From NCBI RefSeq assembly GCF_009914755.1, contig NC_060929.1: a DNA stretch of 64,000 bases; one strand, written 5' to 3'. The notes under the pieces are model-generated. The model did no database searches. It was not told where the DNA came from and saw only the letters and a program-made list of their open reading frames with translations. The position numbers and the translations under genes are program-made. Shown piece after piece: positions 1 to 12,439 of this stretch. Position 1 is the stretch's first letter. Each line of letters opens with the position of its first letter. Source of the DNA: the human T2T-CHM13v2.0 reference genome, Homo sapiens.

Positions 1-279
1 TTAAAAAAAAAAAATCCATCCCATCACACTGACTTGTATGATGCACATGCTAAATACCAGGCCTATCTATGCCCTTTATATGTATTATTCAAATAGTCCT
101 GACAACAGCCTCATGTGAAGGTATTCTTTTTACCTGCATTTTACAATTTTTTTTTAAATGAAGGTTTTATAGGTCTCAGTAGCTTGCCCAGGGAAAGTGA
201 TGGATCCAGAACTTGAAAGAGGTTTGTCTGCTCTAACCTGGATCTTATCACCATCTTAAAGAAAATGTGGGCACCTAGA

Positions 280-445
280 CAGTGGAGGCAACATGCAACA
301 GCACTTTATTTGGAATCAGAAGAGCTGGGTTCAATTATCACTCAGTTGCCTCTAAACTGAATGACTCTGGGCTCCTTTCTCAGCCTGCTTGGGCCTCACT
401 TTCATGTGTATGAAGAAAATAATAAATTATGTCTCTTCTTCAGGT
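280..445 (+). mobile_element. MIR SINE fragment
   Basis: Degenerate MIR core (ttggaatcagaagagctgggttcaa...gggcctcactttcat); boundaries approximate. Confidence 0.55.
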
Positions 446-454
446 GAAAAAAAG

Positions 455-1222
455 TACCTTCACCCTTATTTCCCACCATGCACAGAAAATGAACTTAAAG
501 TGGAGCATAGGCTTAATTGTGAGAAACAAACCTGTGAAATTTAAGTTAGGCAAAGATTGCAAACCTATAAAAGAAAAAAGTGATAAACTGGACTTCATAG
601 AAGTTAAGATTTTTTTCTTTTCAAAAGACACCGTTGAGAAAATGAAAAGAGAATGCCATTGTATGGAAAAAAATTGCAAAACATATATCTGATTAAAGAC
701 TTATATCCAGATTATATTGCGACCTCTTACAGCTTAGTTATGTGGCAAAAAACCCAATAAATAGTGGGAAAAGATTTGAATGGATTCATTACCAAAAACA
801 GATATTGAAATAGACAATAAATACATAAACAGATGCTTAACATAATTCATCATTAGGGAAATGCAAATTAAAACATCAATGAGGCCGGGCATGGTGGCTC
901 ACACCTGTAATCCCAGCACTTTGGAAGGCTGAAGGGGGTGGAACTCCTGAGCTCAGGAGTTTGAGAACAGCCTGGGCAACATGGTGAAGCCCCGTCTCTA
1001 TAAAAATAAATATAAAACAATAAGCTGGGTGCAGTAGTGTGCACCTGGTCTCAGCTACTCGGGAAGCTAAGGCAGTAGAATTGCTTGAGCTTGGGAGGCA
1101 GAGGTTGTAGTGAGCTGAGATAACACCATTGCACTCGGCCTGGGTAACAGGAGTAAAACCCTGTCTCAAAATAATAATAATAATAATTAATAATAATGAG
1201 ATACCACCATATACCTACTATG
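455..1222 (+). mobile_element. Old L1M ORF2 3' fragment, interrupted by an Alu
   Basis: L1-like text (cattagggaaatgcaaattaaaacatcaatga|gataccac) resumes after the Alu at ~1197. Confidence 0.75.
883..1195 (+). mobile_element. Alu (AluJ-like)
   Basis: ggccgggcatggtggctcacacctgtaatcccagc start, dimeric body, (TAA)n-derived tail. Confidence 0.95.
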
Positions 1223-1229
1223 CCATATA

Positions 1230-1400
1230 TTAATTATGTCTTTAAATCCTTACCAAGACCCTTTAAGTAGGGCTATTTTTATTCCCATTTCACAGATAAG
1301 AATACTTGCTGCCTTAGGTAGGTACTCAAGGTCACAGAGCTAAGGTGCAAGACAGCAAGCTTCAACTCAGGCAGTCTGATTGTAATGCCTATGTGCTCAC
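1230..1400 (-). mobile_element. MIR fragment
   Basis: attcccatttcacagataag...aaggtcacagagctaag...caggcagtctga. Confidence 0.65.
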
Positions 1401-1424
1401 TGTGACCTTACTAAGCCATTTAAT

Positions 1425-1520
1425 GTCATCTCCATGAGGGCAAGGACTTGTCAATCTTGTGCACTGCTGGGGCTCCAACACCTAACACATAGCAGACACT
1501 CGATATTTGTTGAATGAAAG
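1425..1520 (+). mobile_element. L2 3' end
   Basis: ctccatgagggcaaggac...atatttgttgaatgaa terminal motif. Confidence 0.65.
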
Positions 1521-2031
1521 CCGGCCAGTGCACACTGGGACTCAGTTGGCACTTACTCCTACCTTCACAGAACCTTCAAGTATGAATGAATCATACCAAC
1601 TTATAATTTAGGATGCCCTTTTATGATACCTATTATTTGATCTTGGAACACTCCACAACTAGCTTCACGTAGGTCCTCTCCACATTCCTCTTCTCCCTTA
1701 GTTCTCCTTTTCTCATTCACTCCTCTTTCTTCTCTCTCTTCTTTTCTTTTCTCCAGTGGCTGGTGTGGCTTTACCTCACTTTGGAGAGGATACATGGTGA
1801 TGCTGACCTCCAGGGCCAGCTGCTTGGCTTGCCAAGACAGTGTCCTCAGAGACTGTGCATGCAGACCCACAGCCTACCTGCCCTGCCCCCGGGTCCTTGC
1901 TCTGTCTTTAGCCAGCCTTTGTGGGCGTTCACTTCCCAGCACTACGAGGGAGGCTGACTGGCCTATTTCCTCCTGACTCAAGGAAGGTTTGCTTGCTGAA
2001 AGATTATCCAGTGAGTACCAAATGCTCCTTT

Positions 2032-2169
2032 TTATTTTTATTTACGTTTTTAGAGATGGGGGTCTCACAATATTGCCCAGCCTGGGCTGGAACTCCTGGG
2101 CTCAAGCGATCCTTCTGCCTAGGCCTCCCAAGTAGCTGGGACTACAGGCATGTGCCACTGCACCTGGCT
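2032..2169 (-). mobile_element. Free Alu monomer (FLAM-like)
   Basis: Single monomer with T-rich tail; 11-bp TSD aatgctccttt at 2021-2031 and 2170-2180. Confidence 0.9.
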
Positions 2170-4693
2170 AATGCTCCTTTCTAAGATAAAAACCAGAAAA
2201 GTCTAAGAATAGTCCCTGTGAAGGAGGGAGGCAGCAGGAATCCAGGACTGGAAGGTCCAGGCATCACACAGCTAACTGAGGCCTGCCTTCCTCAGGCTGG
2301 AAGATAGAAGAGGCAGGACAACAAAGTTTGCTTCCTCTCCTGCTAAGAAGGGAGGATGGGGGTTAAACTGGATTTGCTTTCAGCTCTTGAATCAACATCG
2401 AGCGCCCGTCTTGTCTGCCAGACCATATGGTATGCAGAGGCAGACTTGGACTGGGTTTTGGCAGATGGAGGGAGCTATGCTGAAAATGACAGAGTCTAGC
2501 AACTGGGGAGGCATGGGGGCTGGCAGGTGAGAACCTCAGGAGGAGGCTGGTTGGGAGCAGGAGGAAAACGCAAGAAGCAGGAGACAAAGCAAAAAGAAAT
2601 CATTTTCCAGTAGAGAAAAAGGGAAGAAGCATTATTTGTCTTGGAGAGTAGCAAGGACCGCTGAATAAGGATGTGTGTACAGTGCAACACAATGTTTTCC
2701 CAGATCTTTTATTTTGCCACATTTGTGTGCTACCTATACTATATTCAGTTAAGATTTTTTCTGTATACTGACTTTTGAAGAATGTAAACAAATTTATTTT
2801 AAAAGAAAGGTTTTATCACTGCCACAGGTGAAAAGTTTGTCATAACTGTATGGTAATCCTAAGCATGAATAAAAAGAAAACTTTGTGACGATATTAAATT
2901 CTAACCACATACTACAACCTACTAAAGACTGGACTTTCATCTACTGTTTCTTTAAACGAAAATAGAGTATGGAAGACATAACATCATCAAATTCAGCGTT
3001 TTTCTTTGATATTTACAGAAAGTTTGAAAAAGAATATGATTTGATTGATTTTGGAGACAGTTAGAAGATAGTGGATAGGAAACAGTACTAACATGCAGCT
3101 CTCACTTGGATGGAAGAACAGCATGTGGAGACTCACATTGTGAACTTTTGCAGTGAAACACACCAGGAAAACTGAAAGAGTTAACAGACTCTTTGAAAGA
3201 AGTGGCCTGCCACTGCAAACTTCCCAAGACAGCCTAAAAACTGAGTTCCCAAAGTGTGAGGGGGAAATGTCTGCCTCCGTACACACATTCCCACTGGGGA
3301 ACCTGACAATCCAGATCATGGGAGAAGGATTTAACCTTACATAAAGCTGACATGGATTTAGGGAGTTGAACAAAATATAACAGTAGAAGAAGCAGTGAGA
3401 AGAGCCCTGTAGGTACTCCTGGTCCCCAGTTTGAGCCTAGGGAAGCTATTTCCAGCATTATCTCACAGGGCTCGTATGGAAGGCAGCCAGTGGAATTGAG
3501 GAGGAGCCACAGAATGAAGGAAGCTCCTAGTTGAACTCTAATAATTGTGACTGAGCATGAATTTTCCGAGCAGAATCTTGGGGCAAGGGTGGGGGTACAA
3601 ATGGGAAATACTGATACGAGTGCAGAAGTACAGCTGACTATGTGGGCAGGCAGGGAGGGGCAAGGTGTGAGAGCCCTGCTTGCTTTCTCATCAGGGAGGC
3701 TCATAGCCTGGGGCAAGATCTCAGCCCTGCTCACCAGCTGCCTGGTGAGCACAGATATAAACTTTGTGCTGTTGGTGGGGCACAGTGGGAGTGAGATAGG
3801 CCTTTCTGGCTGTGTGAGAGCTGGGTGAGGCCTGTCACTTCCAGCTTTCCTCCACCTTCCTGGTGACCTGTATTACACAGCAGAGATAGCCATAATCCCC
3901 TCGGGAACACAATTTCACTGGCCTGAGAACTGGCCCCCATCCCCCACAGTGATCACAGCAAGCCCCACCCATGGAGAGTCTGAGCTCAGACATGCCTAAC
4001 CCTGCCCCCACCTGATGGTCTTTCTCTATCCACCCTACTAGCTGAAGACAAAATATATAAACTCATGGAAGCTCTGTGGCCCCTCTCATTGCCTAAGAAA
4101 CCCAAATACTTATCCAGGCATCTTAGGGCAAGCTTGTATCCCCTCTATACTACCACAGATGATGCTCTCTTGAAAGCCCTACCTTTTGGCTGGAGGTCAA
4201 CCAACTCAAGCCATGACAGCAACTCAGGACAGAACAACCCTGCTCCAAAGAAGGAGAAAACGACAGCTCATTCCACTGCCTGCAACACCCTGGTGAACCA
4301 GAGGTCCTAAGTCTGTCCATGTGACCACTTCACTGCTAGCATAACAAGCATTCCAGAAAACTACTGCACTACACAAAACTACAACTGAGGACTCCCACAG
4401 AGTCCACTTCACTCTCCGGCCACCTCCACCAGAGAAGGTGCTGGAATCCATGGCTGAGAGACCCAAAGACAGATCACATCATAGGACTCTCTGCAAACAT
4501 TCTTCAGCACCAACCCAAAACTTGGTAGCCTGGCAGGGTGGCTATACCCAGAAGGGCAATAACAATCACTGCAGTCTAGCTCTCAGGAAGACCCATCCCT
4601 AGGGGAAGACACATCAAGGGATCAGCCATGGGACAAAAGAATCTGAGCAGCAGCCTTGAGTTGCAGATCTTTCCACTGAAACAGTCTATCCAA

Positions 4694-5765
4694 ATGAGAA
4701 GGAACCAGGAAAGTAATTCTGGTAATATGACAAAACAAGGTTCTACAACATCCCCCCAAAAATTACACTAGCTCTCCAGCAATGGATCCAAACCAAGAAG
4801 AAATCTCTGAACAGCCAGATAAAGAATTCAGAAGGTTGATTATTAAGTTTCTGGATTCAGAAGCTTAATAATCAACCTTCTGAATTCTTAAAAGCTTCTA
4901 ATTATTAAGTTTTCTCCATATTATCAAGAAGATACCAGAGAAAGGTGAAAACCAACGTAAAGAAATTTTTAAAAAATATAGAATTTGGATGAAAAGCCTC
5001 CAGAGAAATAGATATCAAAAAAAAGAAAAGACAATCAAAACTTCTGGAAATGAAAGGCCTACTTAAAGAAATGCAAAATACACTGGAAAGTTTCAACAAT
5101 AATATCAAACAAGTAGAAGAAAGAACTTCAGAGCTTGAAGGTTAATTCAAAAAGCTTTTGAATTAACCAAATCTGACAAAGACAAAGGAAAAAAAGTTTA
5201 AATGAACAAAGGCTCCAAGAAATTTGGGATAATGTTAAGTGACCAAACATAAGAATAATTGGTGCTCCTGAGAAAAAAGAGAAATCTAAAAGTTTGGCAA
5301 ACTTATTTGAGAGAATAATCGAAGAAAACTTCCCCCGTCTTGCTAGAGGTCTAGACATCCGAACACAAGAAACTCAAAGAACACCTGGGAAATTCATTGC
5401 AAAAAGATCATCACCTAGGCACATAGTCATCAGGTTATCTAAAGTCAAGAGGAAGGAAAGAATCTTAAGAGCTGTGAGGCAAAAGCATCAGGAAAACTAT
5501 AAAGGAAAATCAATCATATTAACAGCAGATTTCTCAGCAGAAACTCTACAAGCCAGAAGGGATTAGGGTCCTATCTTTAGCCTCCTTAAACAAAACAATT
5601 ATAAGCCAATAATTTTGTAGCCAGTGAAACTAAGCTTAATAAACGAAGGAGACAGAAAGTCTTTTTCAGACAAACAAATGCTGAGAGAATTCACCACTAC
5701 AAAGCCAGCACTACAAGAAATGCTAAAAGGAGTTCTAACTCTTGAAACAAAGCCTCAAATACACC
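4694..5765 (+). pseudogene. L1 ORF1p remnant (frameshifts and stops)
   Basis: ORF fragments IIEENFPRLAR...RSSPRHIVIRLSK...ADFSAETLQARRD and DKQMLREFTTTKPALQEMLKGVL are L1 ORF1p motifs. Confidence 0.88.
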
Positions 5766-6675
5766 AAAATAGAACCTCCTTAAAGCATAAATCTCACACG
5801 GCCTATAAGACAATAGCAAAATGAAAAAACAAAAAGTATTCAGGCAACAATAGCATGATGTATAGAACAGCATCTCACATCTCAATACTAACATTGAATG
5901 TAAATGGCCTAAATGCTCCCTTTAAAAGATACAAAATGGCAAAATGAATAAAAAATCCACTAAGCATGTGCTGTCTTCAACAGACTCACCTAACACATAA
6001 GGACTCACACAAACTTAAGATAAAGGGATGGAAAAAGATATTTCATGCAAATGGAAACCAAAAGTGAGCAGGAGTAGCTATTTTTATATTAGACAAGACA
6101 GACTTTAAAGCAACAACAGTTAAAAAAGACAAACAGGGACATTATATAATGATAAAAGGATTAGTCCAACAGGAAAATATCACAATCCTAAATAGATATG
6201 CATCTAACACTGGAGCTCCCAAATTTATAGAACAGTTACTTCTAGACCTAATAAATGAGATAGAGCAACACAGAAATAGTGGGGGACTTCAGTACGTCAC
6301 TGACAGCACTCAATAGGTCATCAAGACAGAAAGTCAACAAAGAAACAGTGGACTTAAACTATACTCTAAAACAAATGGACTTAACAGATATTTACAGAAC
6401 GTTCTATCCAACAACTGCAGAATATACATTCTTTTCATCAGCACATGGAAATTCTCCAGGATAGACCATAATATAGGCCAAAAAACAAGTCTTAATAAAT
6501 TTAAGAAAATCAAAATTACATCAAGTATTCTCTCAGGCCACAGTGAAATAAAGGTGAAAATTAACTCCAAAAGAAACCTCAAAACTATAAAAATACATGG
6601 AAATTATAATCTGCTCCTGAATGACCTTTAGGTCAACAATGGAATTGAAATGGAAATTTAAAAATTCTTTGAACT

Positions 6676-7109
6676 TGAGGCAGGAGCATAGGGTCTGGGG
6701 CAGGGAACCCAAGGATTTCCTAGAACTAAAGCAAATGGAAAAACCCCAACTTTCTACAACCAGGTAAATAACTTTGTAACTCTATTTCAGCTATGACAGG
6801 AAACATTCTCTTCATTTGCATAGGGTATACACCAAGTACATAACTTTCTAACTTCACTTCAGCCTCTTCATTTACATAGAGCATACACCAAATAATCAAT
6901 GGGAAACCTCCGGAGGTATTTAAACCCCAGAAAATTCTGTAATCCAGCTCTTGAGCCACTTGCTCAGGCCCACTCCCACCCTGTGGAGTGTACTTTTATT
7001 TTTAATAAATCTCTGCTTTTGTTGCTTCATTTTTTCCTTGCTTTGTTTGTGTATTTTGTCCTATTCTTGTCCAAAATGCCAAGAACCTGGACACCCTCCC
7101 CCAGTAACA
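6676..7109 (+). mobile_element. Solo ERV1 LTR (MER61 family) inserted in L1 ORF2
   Basis: TG...CA termini (tgaggcaggagcatagggtctgg...ccagtaaca), 4-bp TSD aact/acct, TATA-like tatttaaa and AATAAA. Confidence 0.85.
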
Positions 7110-9026
7110 ACCTGAACAATAATACTGACACAACCTATCAAAACCTCTGGGATACAGCAAAAGTGGTACTAAGGGGAAAGTTCATAATATTAAATGCCTA
7201 CATCAAAAAATCTGAAGGAGTACAAATAGACAATCTAAGGTCACACTTCAAGGAACTAGAGAAACAAGAAAAAACCAAACCCAAACCCAGCAGAAGAAGA
7301 GAAATAACAAACATCAGAACGGAACTAAATGAAATTGCAACAAACAAACAAAAAACAATACAAAAGATAAATGATACAAAAAACTTGTACTTTGAAAAGA
7401 TAAATAAAATTGATAGATCATTAGTGAGATTAACCAAGGAGAGAGAAGATCCAAATAAGCTCAATTAGAAATGAAATGGGAGATATTACAACCAATACCG
7501 CAGAAATACAAAAGATCATTCAAGGATACTATAAACACCTTTATGCATGCAAACTAGAAAATTTAGAAGAGATTGATACATTCCTGGAAATATACAATCT
7601 TCCTAGATTAAACCAGGAAGAAATAGAAACTCTGAACAGACCAATAACAAGTAGCAAGATTGAAAGAGTAATTATTTTTAAATGTCAACAACAACAACAA
7701 AAGTCCAGGACCAGATGGATTCACAGCTAAATTGTATCAGGCATTTAAAGAAGAATTGGTACAAATCCTACTGAAACTATTCCAAAACTTGGAGAAAGAG
7801 GGAAACCTCCCTATATCATTCAATAAACCAGTATTACCCAAATACCAAAACCAGGAAAGGACATAACGAAAAAAGAAAACTACGGAACAATATCCCTGAT
7901 GAACATAGATGAAAGAAATCCTCAACAATACTAGCTAACTGAATCCAACAGCATATCAAAGATATACGCCATGATCAAGTGGGTTTCATAGCAGAAATGC
8001 AGGGTTGTTTTAACATACACAAGTCAATAAATGTGATACACCACAGAAAAGAAGCAAAAACAAAAATCATATGGTCATCTCAAGAGATGCAGAAAAAGCA
8101 TTTGACAAAATCGAGCATCCCCTTATGGTTAAAACCCTTAGCAAAATCAGCTTAGAAAGGACATATCTTAAGGTAATAAAAGCCACCTATGACAAAGCCA
8201 CAGCCAACGTTCTGCTGAATGGAGAAAAGTTGAAAGCATTTCCCCTGGAGAATTGGAACAAGACAAGGATGCCCGCTTTCACCACTTCTATTCAACATAG
8301 TACTGGAAGTCCTAGCCAGAGCAATCTGACAAGAGAAAGAAATAAACGGCATCCAAATCAGTAAAGAGGAAGTCAAACTGTCACTATTTGCCAATAATAT
8401 GACTGTGTATCTAGAAAACCCTAAAGACTCATCCAAAAAGCCCCTCAATCTGATGAACGAATTCAGTAAAGTTTCAGGATACAAAATCAATGTACACAAA
8501 TTAGTAGCACTGCTATACACCAACAGTGACCAAGCTGATAATTAAATCAAGAACTCAACTCCTTTTACAACAGTTGTAAAAAATAAAAAAATAAAAATAC
8601 TTAAGAATATACCTAACCAAGGAGGTGGTAGATCTCTACAAGGAAAACTACAAAACACTGCTGAAATAAATCCGTAACACAAACAAATGGAAACACATCC
8701 CATGCTCATGGATAGGTAGAATCAATATTGTGAAAATGACCATACTACCAAAAGCAATCTATAAATTCAATGCAATTCCCATGAAAATACCATCATCATT
8801 CTTCACAGAATTAAAAAAAAAAAATCTTAAAATTCATATGGACAAAAAAAGAGCCCACATAGCCAAAGCAAGACTAAGCAAAAACAACAAATATGGCAAC
8901 ATCACATTACCCAACTTCAAATTATACACAAGGCTATAATTACTAAAACAGCATGGTGCTGGCATAAAAACAGGCACATAAGCCAATGAAACAGAAAAGA
9001 GAACCCAGAAATAAAGCCAAATACTT

Positions 9027-9322
9027 AGCTGAGCACAGTGGCTCATGCCTGTAATCCCAGCACTTTGGGAGGCTGAGGCAGGCAGATCACTTGAGGTTCG
9101 AGACCAGTCTGGCCAACATGGTGAAACCCTGTCTCTACTAAAGATGCAAAAATTAGTGGGGAGTGATGGTGCATGCCTGTAGTCCCAGCTACTCAGGAAG
9201 CTGAGGCAGGAGAATCACTTAAACTGGGAGGTGGAGGCTGCAGTGAGCCACGGTCATGCCACTGCACTCCAACCTGGGCAACAGAGTGAGACTCCATCAA
9301 AAACAAACAAACAACAAAAAAA
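9027..9322 (+). mobile_element. Alu (AluS-like) inserted in L1
   Basis: Dimeric Alu; partial TSD ccaaatactt/ccaaatattc. Confidence 0.93.
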
Positions 9323-11229
9323 CCCCACCAAATATTCATATCCAACTGATCTTGAACAAAGCCAACAAAAACATAAAGTGGAGAAAGGATGCCTTCTTCA
9401 ACAAATGGTGCTGAAATAACTGGCAAGCTCCACATAGAAAAATAAAACTGAATCCTCATTTCTTACCTTATACAAAAATCAACTCAAGATGAACCAAAGA
9501 CTTAAGTCAAAGACCTGAAACCATAAAAATTCTAGACCATAATATCAGAAAAACCCTTCAGACATTGGCTTAGGCAAAGACTTCATGACTAAGAAGCCAA
9601 AAGCAAATGCAAAAAAAAAAAAAAAAAAAAAAAAGAATAAATGGGGCTTAAGTAAACTAAAAAGGTTCTGCACACCAAAAGAAATAATCACCAGTGTAAA
9701 CAGACAACTTACAGAATGGGAGAAAATATTTGCAAACTATGTATCCAACAAAGGATGAATATTCAGAATCTACAAATAACTCAAACAAATCAACTGGAAA
9801 AAAAAACAAATAATCTCTTCAAAAAGTGGGCTAAGGACATGAATAGACAATTCTCAAAAGAAGATATACAACAGGCCAATAAACATATGAAAAAATGATC
9901 TATATCACTAATTATCAGGAAAATGCCAATCAAAACCACAATGTGATACCACCTTCCTCCTACAAGAATGGCCATAATTAAAAAATAAAAAAAAAGACAT
10001 TGGCGTGGATATTGTGAAAAGGGAACAATTTTACCCTGTTGGTGGGAATGTAAACTAGTACAACCACTATGGAAAACAGTATAGAGAGTCCTTAAATAAC
10101 TAAAAGTAGAACTACCATTTGATCCAGCAATCCCACTCCTGGGTATCTACCCAGAGGAAAAGAAGTCATTATATGAAAAAGACCCTTGCACATGCATGTT
10201 TATAGCAGCACAATCGCAATTGCAAAAATATGGAACCAGCCTAAATGCTCGTCAATAAGTGAATAAAGAAATGTGAATAAAGAAAATGTGGCATATGTGT
10301 ATACCATAGAATACTACTGAGCCATGAAAAGGAACAAAATAATGGCATTTGCAGCAACCTGAGTGGTGTTGGAGACCATTATTCTAAGTGAAGTAACTCA
10401 GGAATGAAAGACCAAACATCATATGTTCTCACTTATAAGTGGGAGCTAAGCTATGAGAACACAAAGGCATAAGAATTACATAATGGAGTCTGGGGACTTG
10501 AGGAGGATGGTTGGGAGGCAGATAAGGGATATAAGACCACACACTGGTGCAGTGTACACTGCTCGGGTGATGGGTGCACCAAAATCTCAGAAATCATCAC
10601 TAAAGAATTTATCCAAGTAACCAAACACCACCTGTTCCCCCAAAACTATTGAAATAATAAAAATAAAAATAAGAAGGATGATGTTTCTCACTGTGCAAGC
10701 CAATGTCATTTAATGCAGCAATATATCAATGATGCAAGTTTTACTAGAACATTTTGGAAAACCTGTGGGATGGGGCAGAACAAACATAGCCCTACGCATT
10801 AGAAGATGAGGCTTCCAGTTCTCTGCCACCATCATTGGGTCATCTTTGATATGTTTTCTTATAATGAGTCTCAATTTTCTCATCTGTTGGAAGGTATGGA
10901 GTTAAACTTCCCAAGAAATAGTATTTGGTTTCATCTTTCGGAGTTAAGAACAATTCTGAAGTTTGATCCAAGTTCAGTGGGAAAGAATGCCATGATAGAT
11001 AGTAATGTCTGCCATAGGTACAGAGCTGGAAATGGTGAGATGCATGTTAGTTATCTGCCACTCTTAGATTAGAAAATCTCTAAGTTACCCCCACAATTCT
11101 GACAGCCTGTGATTATATAATTTAAATACTCATCCAAGAGCATGTTTGGCTTGCTTATTTGCTCATGACTGATGGCAAATTATGAAACAAGACAATTTTG
11201 GTAAGTAATAGGCCAACAAGTCAGTTCTG

Positions 11230-11450
11230 CTCAATAAACACTCATCTAGCACTGTATTATGCCAGGCTCTGAGCTGAGAATGCAAAGATGAATAATAAGA
11301 CTTAGTCCCTATCTTAGAGGCGCTTGCAGTCCTAAGCAGTGTGTGCAGGGGGGTTGATGACAGAAACCTAAACAGATGTCACACAAGTTTCAATATGATG
11401 TAATAAGTACTGTGCTAGAGGTACATGTGGAGTCCTGGGGGACCTCAGGG
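11230..11450 (-). mobile_element. L2 3' fragment
   Basis: tcaataaacac...tgccaggctctg...aaagatgaataataagac...ccct, typical antisense L2 end. Confidence 0.55.
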
Positions 11451-11537
11451 CACAGTCAAAGGATTCCTAGAATCATATCCTGGCCTGAGGGATGATGAAG
11501 TTATTCTGGAAGTTCTCAGAGATTCATGGGATTTCAC

Positions 11538-12439
11538 TATTTTAGGTTGAATTGTGTCCTTCAACAACTTATATTGAAATCCTAAGTCCCAAGACCTGTG
11601 AATGCAACCTCAATTGGAAATAGGGTCTTTGCAGATTATTAGGGGTTGAATTGTGTCCGCCTCACTATCTGTCCCCCGCAAAAATATAGAGTCTTAACCT
11701 CTGATACCTTAGAATGTGACTCTATTTGAAGATAAGCTTTTTACAGTGGTAAGTAGAGTAATAAAGTTAAAATGAGGTCATCGGGGTAGGCTCTAATCTG
11801 CTATGACTGGTGTCCTTAGGAAAAGAAGAAATTTGAACACAGAGAGAGACATGCACATGAAAAAGGTGATGTAAAGAGATGAAGGAGGTGACAGCCATCT
11901 ATAAACCAAGGAGAGAGCCTGAAACCTTTCTTTTACGGCCCTTTGAAGGAACCAACCCTGCTGACAGCTTGATTTTGGATTTCTAGTCTCTAGAACTTAA
12001 AGACAATAAATTTTTGTTGTTTGAGCCACCCACTTAGTGGTACTTTGTTATGGCAGCCCTAGCAAACTAATAAACAGATGTAACTAAGTCAAAATGAGGT
12101 CATATTGGATTAGGGTAGGCCTTAATCCAATGTGTCTTTATAAAAGAAGGAAATTTGGACACACAGAGACACACACAGGGAAGAATGCCATGTAATACTG
12201 GAGGCAGAGATTGGAGTGATACTTCTACAGGCCAAGGAATGCCCAGCACTGCCAGCAGCCACCAAAAGCTAAGAGACAGGCACAAAGCAGACTCTCCCTT
12301 AAACCCATTAGAAGGAACCAATCTTGCCAATCCCTTGATTTCAGACTTGTAGCCTCCAGATAACTGTGAGAGAATAACATACATTTTAAGGCACCCACTT
12401 TATGGCTATTTATTATGGCAGCCCTAGGAAATGAGTGCA
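11538..12439 (+). mobile_element. MLT1C-like MaLR LTR (outer), interrupted
   Basis: ggttgaattgtgtcc start; resumes at 12080; ends ttatggcagccctaggaaatgagtgca. Confidence 0.8.
11637..12074 (+). mobile_element. MLT1B-like MaLR LTR nested in MLT1
   Basis: Second ggttgaattgtgtcc start, end gcagccctagcaaactaataaa, perfect 5-bp TSD cagat at 11632-11636 and 12075-12079. Confidence 0.85.

Larger units (their letters stand above)
5855..10449 (+). pseudogene. L1 ORF2p remnant (endonuclease/RT), disrupted
   Basis: LTLNVNGLN and GDF endonuclease motifs, [11 protein letters not shown] catalytic LFADD decayed to LFANN at ~8384; interrupted by an LTR and an Alu. Confidence 0.88.
3050..10672 (+). mobile_element. 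Full-length inactive L1 (L1PB1-like)
   Basis: 5'UTR (gcagctctcacttggatgga...gagactcacattgtgaacttttgc), ORF1 and ORF2 remnants, L1PB-type 3'UTR (gggtgatgggtgcaccaaaatctcagaaatc...aaaactattgaaataa) and A-rich tail. Confidence 0.93.

Noticed and set aside
3234-3752. 172-aa antisense ORF
   Set aside because: Within the L1PB 5'UTR; no support for expression or homology
6899-7468. 189-aa ORF
   Set aside because: Chance fusion of the LTR 3' end with an L1 ORF2 fragment
9611-9634. Internal poly(A) run suggesting a retrocopy tail
   Set aside because: L1 sequence continues on both sides with no TSD; simple expansion
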